Part shown: piece after piece, positions 45,001 through 52,974 of the stretch
Layout of the letters: the number at the start of each line of letters is the position of its first letter
How positions within the stretch are numbered: the stretch's first letter is position 1
Assembly (NCBI GenBank): GCA_964417675.1
Contig: CAYQJL010000166.1
Span: forward strand, 2,867 to 66,866
DNA length: 64,000 nucleotides
Source: an uncultured bacterium
GTDB taxonomy: Bacteria > Eisenbacteria > RBG-16-71-46 > CAIMUX01 > WJJG01
Direction of reading: 5' to 3'
Made by a program: the position numbers and the translations under genes
The notes under the pieces: generated by a model
The model's database searches: none
The model's input: the letters and a program-made list of their open reading frames with translations, nothing else
What the model was told of the DNA's origin: nothing

Positions 45001-45682
45001 CGTCCTCTACCGGGATATTCGCAGCTATGGTCTGCGCGAGCTGCTCTACGAGCGCGCGCGGCGCGCGGGCGTCAAGTTCATCCGTTTCGACGTCAGCGCC
45101 AAGCCGCAGGTGACCGCGGGGCCCGAGGGGCTGCGCATCCGGGTCTGCGACCCGGCCTTGCGCCAGGAGTGGGAGATCCAGGCGGATGTGCTGATGCTGG
45201 CGGCGGCGGTCGTGCCCTACGGCGACGAGCAACTGGCCCAGATGTTCAAGGTTCCCCTGACCGAGGACGGTTTCTTCCTCGAGGCGCATGTCAAGCTGGG
45301 GCCCTCGGAGTTCGCCACCGACGGCGTCTTCCTGTGCGGGTTGGCGCATTATCCCAAGGGCATCGACGAGAGCATCACCCAGGCCCGGGCGGCGGCTTCG
45401 CGCGCCACGACGCTGCTGGCGCGCCGCAGCATCAACATCTCGGGGACTGTTGCCTACGTCGACCCGCGTCACTGCTCGAGCTGCGGCGTCTGTGTTGCGA
45501 TCTGCCCCTACAGCGCCCCCGGTTTCGTCGAATCCGGGCCGTGGGCCGGCACGTCGGAAATCAATCCGATTCTCTGCAAGGGCTGCGGGCTGTGCGTGGC
45601 CGCCTGCCGCTCGAACGCCATCTTCGCCCGCGGTTTCTCGGAAGAGCAGATCATCGCCCAGATCGAGGAGGCGTTCATCTGA
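42002..45682 (+). CDS. hdrA: HdrA-like FAD/FeS oxidoreductase, double-length (two HdrA-type flavin modules fused)
   Basis: [15 protein letters not shown]...[20 protein letters not shown]. Several CxxCxxCxxxCP ferredoxin motifs. Second Rossmann motif [16 protein letters not shown] with a second QCVGSR...YCSRVCC block. Terminal [24 protein letters not shown]. Confidence 0.88.
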   Translation: [1226 protein letters not shown]

Positions 45683-46140
45683 TGGAACGTGCCACCGGAG
45701 TCGCTGAGATGGCAGAGTGGGAGCCGAAGATCATCACCATTCTGTGCAACTGGTGCACCTACGGCGCCGCCGATCTGGCCGGGGTCAATCGTTTGCAGTA
45801 CCCGACCAACTTCAAGGTGATCCGGGTGCCCTGCTCGGGGCGCATCAGCCCCAAGATGGTTCTGGCGGCCTTCCGCAGCGGGGCCGACGGAGTGTGGATC
45901 TCCGGCTGTCATCCCGGCGACTGCCACTATATCTCCGGCAACTTCTACGCGCGCCGTCGCTTCACGATGATGCGCGCACTGTTCGAGCACATCGGCATCG
46001 ACGAGCGCCGCCTGCACTTCTCTTGGATCTCGGCCGCCGAAGGACCCAAGTTCGCGGCCACGGCCCAGGAGGTCATCGCCGCGGTCAAGCAGGCCGGTCC
46101 GGCTCGGGAACTCATCAAGACCAGGGCACAGGTGATCTAG
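45682..46140 (+). CDS. mvhD: MvhD/FlxD-like (methyl-viologen-reducing hydrogenase delta subunit family)
   Basis: KIITILCNWCTYGAADLAG...IRVPCSGRISP...GADGVWISGCHPGDCHY. TGATG overlap with hdrA. Confidence 0.88.
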   Translation: MERATGVAEMAEWEPKIITILCNWCTYGAADLAGVNRLQYPTNFKVIRVPCSGRISPKMVLAAFRSGADGVWISGCHPGDCHYISGNFYARRRFTMMRALFEHIGIDERRLHFSWISAAEGPKFAATAQEVIAAVKQAGPARELIKTRAQVI

Positions 46141-47090
46141 TGACCGGCTATACCGAAGAACTGCGCGCCGCCGCCCGGCGCCTGCTCAGCGAAGGGAAGG
46201 TGGACTGCTTCATCGGCTTCCGGCCCGGTTCGCTGCCGCTGGTGCCGCGTCCGGTGGTCATCACGCGGGCCGAGCAGGCCGAGACCCTGGTGTGGGATCC
46301 GAGCTGCGCGCTCAACCTGGCAACCTATGTCGTCGGCCGCGCGGGCCGCATCGGCATCGTCGCGACCGGCTGCGTCTCGCGCAATCTGGTGACCCTGATC
46401 CGGGAGCACCAGATCGAACGCGAGCGGCTCCACATCGTGGGCGTGGCCTGCACCGGCATGGTCGACCGGGGCGCCATCGCGCGAACCTATCCGGGGCGGG
46501 CCATCCTGGGGGTCGGCGGCAACGGCGCCGGCCTGACCGTCACGCTGGCCGATGGCCGCGAGGAGCTCTCCACGCACGAGGTTCTGGCACGCAACTGCCG
46601 CATCTGCGCCCATCACAACCCCGTGATCCACGACGAGCTGATCGGGGAGCCGGTGCCCGATCCGGACGGGTATATCACCCCCGAAGACATCACGGCCGCG
46701 CAAGGACAGAGCGAAGCCGAGCGCTGGGGCTTCTTCCAGCAGGCGTTCGCCCCCTGCATCCGTTGCTATGCCTGTCGCAACGCCTGCCCGATGTGCTACT
46801 GCCCGACCTGCTTCGTGGATGAGTCCCAGCCGCAGTGGGTGGGCAAGAGCGCCGATCCGACCGACACGCTGACGTTCCACTTCCTGCGCGCCCTGCACCT
46901 GGCCGGGCGTTGCACGGATTGCGGGGCCTGCGAGCGGGCCTGTCCGCTGGACATTCCGGTGCGCTATCTGACCAGCCGTCTGAATATGGAGGCCCGCCAG
47001 ATCTATGATTACGAGGCCGGCCTGGCCGAGGACCAGCGGCCGTTGCTCGACCAGTACAAGCCGGAAGACAACAATGACTTCTTCAAGTAG
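46140..47090 (+). CDS. FlxC-like iron-sulfur protein (F420-hydrogenase-beta/sulfhydrogenase-beta-like)
   Basis: CIRCYACRNACPMCYCPTCF and CTDCGACERACP. GTG start overlaps the mvhD stop (TAGTG). Confidence 0.7.
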   Translation: MTGYTEELRAAARRLLSEGKVDCFIGFRPGSLPLVPRPVVITRAEQAETLVWDPSCALNLATYVVGRAGRIGIVATGCVSRNLVTLIREHQIERERLHIVGVACTGMVDRGAIARTYPGRAILGVGGNGAGLTVTLADGREELSTHEVLARNCRICAHHNPVIHDELIGEPVPDPDGYITPEDITAAQGQSEAERWGFFQQAFAPCIRCYACRNACPMCYCPTCFVDESQPQWVGKSADPTDTLTFHFLRALHLAGRCTDCGACERACPLDIPVRYLTSRLNMEARQIYDYEAGLAEDQRPLLDQYKPEDNNDFFK

Positions 47091-47160
47091 CGGAAGCCCC
47101 GCGGGAGCCGGCCGGGCAGCGGCGGCGCCAGCGCCCGGCGGCGGTTCCGAGGATGTGCGG

Positions 47161-48210
47161 ATGACGATGAGCTACTTTGCACACGACGACTTCCCGAGGG
47201 CGGTCGAGAAACTGCGCCCGGCGTACAAGGTCTTCGTGCCGGTTCGGGAGGGCGAGTTCCACGCCTTCAAGGAGTTTGCCGACGGCGATCGTCCCGACTT
47301 CGGCTACGGCAAGACGCGCGTCTCGCCCAAGGGACTGATCTTTCCGCAGTCGGAGCGGCTGCTCGTCTACAGCACCGACGAGCATGCGCCCGATCACCAC
47401 GTCATGCACGAGGCGCCCAAGGAGTTTGCGCCCCAGGTGGTCATGGGGATCCGTCCCTACGATGCGCTGGCGTTCAAGGTGATGGACGTCAATTTCGATA
47501 CGCCCGAGTACAAGGACCCCTGGTGGATTCGGCGCTATGCCGCGACCACCCTGGTCGGCATATGCCGGGCCGACGCGGATGCGACCATGTTCGCGACCGA
47601 GAACTACACGGGCCCCTACGATGAGCGAGGATTGGATGCGGTCTTGTATGATCTGGGCGACGGCTATGTCGCCAAGGCGCTGACCGAGAAGGGCGCAGAA
47701 CTGCTGGCCGCCATGGGGGGCGCGCCGGCCGGTCCGGGCGAGCGCGAGGCGGTCGCCGCCCAAATCGCTCAGGCCGCCGAGCTCCCGGCGCTGGCCACCG
47801 GCCGTGTGAAGGCCCAGCCGGTCGTGCCGCTGTTCGAAGCCGGCTTCTGGGATGAGGTGGCCGCGGGCTGTCTCAACTGCGGGATTTGCACATTCCTGTG
47901 TCCGACCTGTTGGTGCTTCGACATCCAGGACGAGGTCCACAAGCAGCAGGGCGATCGCATTCGCAATTGGGACTCGTGCATGTTCCCGCTCTACACGCTC
48001 CATGCCTCGGGCCACAACCCGCGCGGATTGAAGACCCAGCGTGTGCGCAACCGCTTCATGCACAAGCTCAAGTACTACCTCGACAAGTACGACCAAGGCG
48101 TGATGTGCGTGGGGTGCGGCCGCTGCGTGGAGGCCTGCCCGGTGAACATCGACATCCGGGACGTGGCCCAGCGGATGAACGACTTCGTCGAGCAGGTGAG
48201 TCCATCATGA
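47161..48210 (+). CDS. FlxB-like iron-sulfur protein (AsrA / sulfhydrogenase-beta-like)
   Basis: CLNCGICTFLCPTCWCFD and CVGCGRCVEACPVNIDI. GAGGA lies upstream of ATG 47161; ATG 47074 is an alternative. Confidence 0.7.
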   Translation: MTMSYFAHDDFPRAVEKLRPAYKVFVPVREGEFHAFKEFADGDRPDFGYGKTRVSPKGLIFPQSERLLVYSTDEHAPDHHVMHEAPKEFAPQVVMGIRPYDALAFKVMDVNFDTPEYKDPWWIRRYAATTLVGICRADADATMFATENYTGPYDERGLDAVLYDLGDGYVAKALTEKGAELLAAMGGAPAGPGEREAVAAQIAQAAELPALATGRVKAQPVVPLFEAGFWDEVAAGCLNCGICTFLCPTCWCFDIQDEVHKQQGDRIRNWDSCMFPLYTLHASGHNPRGLKTQRVRNRFMHKLKYYLDKYDQGVMCVGCGRCVEACPVNIDIRDVAQRMNDFVEQVSPS

Positions 48211-49079
48211 TTTCTTTCAAGCAGAACCCGTTCGTGCCCTATCCGGTGCGGATCGATGAGATCATCACCGAAACCGGCGACCATTCGCTGAAGACCTTCA
48301 AGCTGGTCTTCCTGAACAAGGCCGACGAGGAGGCATTCGACTTCCTCCCGGGCCAGTTCGCCGAGATCTCGGTGGCCGGCAAGGGCGAGGTGCCGATCGG
48401 CATCGCCTCGTCGCCGACCGAGAAGGGCTACCTGCTCTTCACCGTGCAGAAGATGGGCGTGGTGACATCCTGGATGCACAGCATGAAGCCGGGAGACATT
48501 CTGGGTGTGCGCGGCCCGCTCGGAAACTGGTACCCCTGGGACCGCATGACCGACCGGAACGTGGTCATCATCGGGGGCGGCTGCGCCTTCTCGACACTGC
48601 GTTCTTCGATCGTCTACATCACCGCTGCCGTCAACCGCAGCAAGTTCAAGCAGGTGACCGCCGTCTACGGCGCGCGCTGCCTGAGCCTGTTGCTGTACAA
48701 CGATCGGCTGGATCAGTGGAAGGATCCGGGCAGCGGCATCCAGATGCATGTGACGGTCGATGCGATGGAGGCGGAGGAGCCCTGGCGGCCGTCCTGGGAG
48801 TGCCACACCGGGTTCGTGCCCACGATGGTCAAGGAGAAGATCAACGATCCGACCGATGCGGTCGTCATCATTTGCGGGCCGCCGGCGATGCTCAAGTTCA
48901 CCATGCCGGTTCTCAAAGAGGCCGGCTTCGGCGACGATCAGATCTACCTCTCGCTCGAGAACCGCATGAAGTGCGGTATCGGCATGTGCGGCCGCTGCAA
49001 CGTCGGCGGCAAGCTGGTTTGCAAGGACGGACCGGTCTTCACCCTGGCCGAGTTGGGCGAGCTGCCGAAGGAGACGTGA
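48207..49079 (+). CDS. FlxA-like FAD/NAD(P)-binding oxidoreductase with C-terminal 2Fe-2S (PyrK/HydG/AsrB-like)
   Basis: FLPGQFAEISV...PIGIASSP, VVIIGGGCAF, ICGPPAM, CGIGMCGRCNV. ATGA overlap with the upstream gene. Confidence 0.8.
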   Translation: MISFKQNPFVPYPVRIDEIITETGDHSLKTFKLVFLNKADEEAFDFLPGQFAEISVAGKGEVPIGIASSPTEKGYLLFTVQKMGVVTSWMHSMKPGDILGVRGPLGNWYPWDRMTDRNVVIIGGGCAFSTLRSSIVYITAAVNRSKFKQVTAVYGARCLSLLLYNDRLDQWKDPGSGIQMHVTVDAMEAEEPWRPSWECHTGFVPTMVKEKINDPTDAVVIICGPPAMLKFTMPVLKEAGFGDDQIYLSLENRMKCGIGMCGRCNVGGKLVCKDGPVFTLAELGELPKET

Positions 49080-49144
49080 TCGAGGAGGGCGTCGGTGCGG
49101 CCATGGGCCGGGGCGTCTTGCTGGGACCACTTGTCAGGACAATG

Positions 49145-49177
49145 AACGGGGGGGTGATGCAAGCATCACCCCCCGTT
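49145..49177. terminator. strong GC hairpin between convergent genes (bidirectional terminator candidate)
   Basis: aacGGGGGGGTGATGcaagCATCACCCCCCgtt gives a stem of about 13 bp with one bulged G and a 4-nt loop. It is followed by ttctt on the plus strand. Lies between the flxA-like stop (49079) and the stop of the minus-strand gene (49203). Confidence 0.55.
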
Positions 49178-49202
49178 CTTGAATGCGACAGAAACCGGGC
49201 GA

Positions 49203-49796
49203 TTACTGATCGCGGAACATGGCCTGGATCTGTCCCCAGGTCACGCTCTTGACCGGAGTGGGCTCGCCGGTCTCCGCCCAGATCGTCAGGTTTTGGCTGG
49301 TGAATGGGGTCGTGCACTCACAGGCATTCGACCAGTACGTGCTGCCGTACGGCGCGCTGTTCGTGTCCTCACCGGTCACCAACCAGGTGCTGCCCAGGGG
49401 GCAAAGCATGATGCAGGCGTCCCCGACAATGGCAACATCCGCGACATCGTAGACGTTGACCCCCGGGCTGGTCACGTTCACCTGCTCGCGCAGGACCTCG
49501 ACGCCGTCGTCATAGACGACGATGTCCATCGGGCCGCCGATCACGATGAATTCGGCAAAGAAACCGACCTCGGTGATGGCACCCGGGCTCGGGCAGAAGA
49601 TGCCGAGCTGCTGGTTGGCATCCAAGGTCGAACCTTGATTCTGCAGGTAGTCCTGGAAACCGTACTGGCAGGTGCTCTCGCGGTCGGCCAAGATGACCGG
49701 ATCAACGCCCTCTCCATAGGTCACATCAGGACCTTCAGCGACTGCCGTACCAGCCATGAGGCTGAGAACGGCTACAAACACTAAGAGATGCTTCAT
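49203..49796 (-). CDS. secreted hypothetical protein (197 aa)
   Basis: Signal peptide MKHLLVFVAVLSLMAGTAVAEG. GAGGAGG upstream. Several Cys. C-terminal ...VKSVTWGQIQAMFRDQ. No family recognised. Confidence 0.6.
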   Translation of the reverse strand: MKHLLVFVAVLSLMAGTAVAEGPDVTYGEGVDPVILADRESTCQYGFQDYLQNQGSTLDANQQLGIFCPSPGAITEVGFFAEFIVIGGPMDIVVYDDGVEVLREQVNVTSPGVNVYDVADVAIVGDACIMLCPLGSTWLVTGEDTNSAPYGSTYWSNACECTTPFTSQNLTIWAETGEPTPVKSVTWGQIQAMFRDQ

Positions 49797-50073
49797 AGGG
49801 AACCTCCTCTGGGTTGCAACACTCAAGCCGTGAACTCGCGAGTCAGGGTGCCAATGGTGCTTGGCTTCTACCCCACTACAGACAGAGCGTACCACATGGA
49901 CAAGGACGGTGTTGAGCCAAATCTTCCTACCTCCAACCCGGCACCGCGCTGCACTGCACGTCCGTTTCCGGAAGGTCGCGACCGGGACGATGGTGCCTAT
50001 AGCGTGTACACATTATGAGTCTATACGATTGTAAGACATACGAATAGACAGTAATTCCATGTCTCTGCAACTC

Positions 50074-51552
50074 TTAGTCCCCAACACGCCGTGTGGTATC
50101 CGCTTCGAGCGTCTGTCGCAACACCTGTCCGATGATCCGGCCGTGATCATCCCTGAAGAACTCCAGGGTCGCCAGGTGGTCATGGGCGAAGAAGAAGCGA
50201 TCTCGGCCCTCGGGCAGGATCGGATGGGGAGGGCCCTCGGAGCGGATGACGACCAGCCCCACGTCCCGCAGCTGAATCTGCCATACGGCGCCGCTGCTCA
50301 ACTCGTAGCGGCCCTGGTACGCGGCCAGCTCCTCCCGGGAAAGAAGCTGCGGCTCCTTGATCCGAGGCTGCTCATAGGGTTCACCCATCACGACCGCGGC
50401 CAGGCCCGTGGCAATCGTGTGCACCGGCAGGCGCGCCTGGTTGGCCAGGACCGCCACGAAGACCGAGTCATCGATCCAACGCTGGATCATGCACACCTGT
50501 CCCGGCACGCCGCCGCCGTGGACCGTGAGAGTGTGATCGCCCATCCGCCTCACCATCCAGCCATAGCCGTAGTTCTCCGCCTGCGGCGTGAGCATGCGCT
50601 CCAGGGTCGCCGCGCTGACCAGGTCGTTGCGCACGAGAGCCCGGTCGAGCCGGTAGAGATCGTCCACGGTCGCGGCGATGTCTCCCGCGCCGAAACCGCG
50701 TGTGCCGTGATAGGGCGGCGCGGCCGTTGGGTCAGCGTCCGGGGTGGGAAGATAGCCGATTGCGATGCCGGCCTCGATGGCGGTGGCTTCGTCGAACAAC
50801 CCGGAGAACACTCCCGTGGAGGTCATCCGGATCGGCGCACAGATGTTCTGTTGCACGTACTCGGCCCACGAGAGGCCGCTGACCGACTCGACGATCCTGG
50901 CGAGCAGCAGATAGTTCGAGTTGCTGTAGGCGTACCTTGTGCCCGGCTCGAACTGCCGGGGCTCATTCTTGATCAGATCGGTCATCGCCGCCGGCGCCAT
51001 CGGTTCGGCCGGATGCGCGCGGAAGGCGGGGACCCCCAGCACATCGGGAATCCCGGAGGCATGGCACAACAGGTGATGCAGGGTGACGTTCCCGGCGACC
51101 TCGGCGGGATAGTCGGGCAGATAGCGCGTGAGCCGATCCTCGAGCCGCAGGTGGCCAGCTTCCACCAGCTGCATGACGGCCAGGGCGGTGAAGATCTTGG
51201 TGGCCGATCCGATCATGAAGCGGGTACCCGGCCGGTTCGGCTCCCGCGTGGCGTGCTGGGCGTACCCATAGCCTTCGCGCAGCAGCACCTCATCACCCCG
51301 GGCCACCAGGACCGCGCCGCTGAAATCCCACACATCGACCGCGGCGTCCATGTAGGCGCGCAGGTCGGCCCGCCGTTGAGGGTTCTTGCCCGACAGGGCA
51401 TCGACCACCGCGGGGGGGTGCTCTTCGGAAACTCCTTCCTCTCGGCTCCCGCCGCATCCGGGCGGGCCGGCGGCCATGAGCAGGACAGCCGCCAGACCCG
51501 CCGCCACGCGGGCCGAGAGTGAATCTGAGAGGGTGCGGTGCAATGCCTTCAT
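50074..51552 (-). CDS. serine hydrolase, beta-lactamase/PBP4-like family lipoprotein
   Basis: Lipobox-like MAAGPPGCGG. SxxK (IGSATKIF) and YxN (YAYSNSNY). GGAGGG lies 6 nt upstream of ATG 51552. Confidence 0.85.
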   Translation of the reverse strand: MKALHRTLSDSLSARVAAGLAAVLLMAAGPPGCGGSREEGVSEEHPPAVVDALSGKNPQRRADLRAYMDAAVDVWDFSGAVLVARGDEVLLREGYGYAQHATREPNRPGTRFMIGSATKIFTALAVMQLVEAGHLRLEDRLTRYLPDYPAEVAGNVTLHHLLCHASGIPDVLGVPAFRAHPAEPMAPAAMTDLIKNEPRQFEPGTRYAYSNSNYLLLARIVESVSGLSWAEYVQQNICAPIRMTSTGVFSGLFDEATAIEAGIAIGYLPTPDADPTAAPPYHGTRGFGAGDIAATVDDLYRLDRALVRNDLVSAATLERMLTPQAENYGYGWMVRRMGDHTLTVHGGGVPGQVCMIQRWIDDSVFVAVLANQARLPVHTIATGLAAVVMGEPYEQPRIKEPQLLSREELAAYQGRYELSSGAVWQIQLRDVGLVVIRSEGPPHPILPEGRDRFFFAHDHLATLEFFRDDHGRIIGQVLRQTLEADTTRRVGD

Positions 51553-51595
51553 GCGGTTCCCTCCATGGAAGACTCCTGTCATGCGGCGCCCAGGC

Positions 51596-51658
51596 GTCCG
51601 GCGGCGCCTTCGACCGGCCAGTCGGCGCCCTCGACCAGCCAGTCGGCGCCCACGATGA
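51596..51658. repeat. about 3 x 21-bp degenerate tandem repeat
   Basis: gtccggcggcgccttcgaccg / gccagtcggcgccctcgacca / gccagtcggcgcccacgatga. Lies between the beta-lactamase-like and GT4 genes. Confidence 0.8.
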
Positions 51659-51837
51659 GGGTGGCGAGGGCAAGAGTGGTGCAGACCAGCAGCAGGACCG
51701 CCGATTGCGATTCGAACCAGGCTTGGAGGATCAAGTGTTCCATGCGTGGGAGTCTAGCCGAATTCGCCGGGCGGGGCGAAGGGAAGAAGGTATGCGGGAG
51801 CCGGCCGGGCCCATCCCAGGGTGGCACTGCGTTTGAT

Positions 51838-52974
51838 CTATGCCGGCGGGCCGCCCCGCGCCGCTTCCAACACCGCGTCAAAGAGCGCCTCCAGCCGGCC
51901 GGTTTGCCGCCGCAGGTCGAATTCGGCCTCCGCCAGCGCCCGTGCGCCGCAACCCAATCGGAGCCGCAGCGGCGCGTCGCGGGCCAGGCGATCGAGTGCC
52001 TCGGCCAGCCCGTGCGGATCGCGTTCGGACACCAGGATGCCCGTCTCCCCATCCCGCACGATTTCCACGATGCCGCTGTGCCGGGTTCCCACGAGCGGAA
52101 GGCCCGTGGCAGCCGCCTCCATCAGCACGACCGGCAACCCTTCCTGATCGCCCTGGGCATCGGTCTGACTGGGCAGGCAGAACACTTGGGCCTCGGCCAT
52201 GGCTGCGCACACCGCCCGGGAATCGCCGGGACCCAAGAAGCGCACCCGCGGATTCGCCCCCACGGCCTTGCGGAGCGCACCCAGCAGCGGCCCATCTCCG
52301 ATCACCGTCAACTCGCACTCGATACCGCGGGCCTTCAGCTCCGCCGTGGCCTCGATGAGGGTGGCCAATCCCTTCTTGGCCACGAGCCGGCCCACGTGCA
52401 AGATGCGCAGCGGCCCTCCGGCGGGACGTTCGGCCGGAGGCTGGAAGCGCTGCAGATCGACACCCAAGTGGAGGAGGTGGACACGCCCTTCGGGATAGCC
52501 CCGGCGGAGGGCCGCCGCGCGCATCGCCTCCGAGACGACGACGAAGGCCGCCGCCCGCCGTTGGAGCCGGCGCCAGCCCAAGGCGTGGCGCCACCAGGCC
52601 AGATGCCGGCTGGGCAGCCGAGGGAGCTTGACGATGTCATAAGCATGCAGCGTCACGACCAGCGGACGCCCCAGGGTTTCCGCCAGGTCGAGTGCGTAGA
52701 CAGCATCGACCGCGAAGTGGGCGTAGATCAGATCCGGTTGCAGACGCCGGCCGGCCCGTTCGAAGCGCGGCGACCGACCGCTCAGCATGTAGGCCAAACG
52801 TTCCGGCAGGTTCCCCAGGGTCACGCACGGCCCGTCGACGGGGAATCTCTCGGTGTAGGCCCGTTCCCGGGCGAACAGCACGGGTTCGTAGCGCGAGAGT
52901 GATCGCATCTGTTCGTGCACGAACGTTTCCGAGGGTGGCAGATAGGTGTTCTTGAGCAGGGCGACCCGCGGCAT
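51838..52974 (-). CDS. family 4 (GT-B, Glycos_transf_1) glycosyltransferase
   Basis: LHVGRLVAKKGL...LTVIGDGPL...FCLPSQTDAQGDQEGLPVVLMEAAATGLPLVGTRHSGIVEIV (EX7E region). ATGA overlap with the upstream flippase gene. Confidence 0.85.
   Translation of the reverse strand: MPRVALLKNTYLPPSETFVHEQMRSLSRYEPVLFARERAYTERFPVDGPCVTLGNLPERLAYMLSGRSPRFERAGRRLQPDLIYAHFAVDAVYALDLAETLGRPLVVTLHAYDIVKLPRLPSRHLAWWRHALGWRRLQRRAAAFVVVSEAMRAAALRRGYPEGRVHLLHLGVDLQRFQPPAERPAGGPLRILHVGRLVAKKGLATLIEATAELKARGIECELTVIGDGPLLGALRKAVGANPRVRFLGPGDSRAVCAAMAEAQVFCLPSQTDAQGDQEGLPVVLMEAAATGLPLVGTRHSGIVEIVRDGETGILVSERDPHGLAEALDRLARDAPLRLRLGCGARALAEAEFDLRRQTGRLEALFDAVLEAARGGPPA

Noticed and set aside
43331-45472. 713-aa minus-strand ORF inside hdrA
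   Set aside because: It is a shadow ORF opposite a gene with unmistakable HdrA FAD/FeS motifs. It has no motifs of its own, and its composition is dominated by R/G/A/L/D.
51813-51828. TGGCACtgcgtTTGAT (plus strand) and TGGCACgcaacTGCC at about 46587, both sigma-54-like
   Set aside because: The first has TTGA instead of TTGC and no plus-strand gene downstream. The second is inside the flxC-like coding region with GG-GC spacing off by one.
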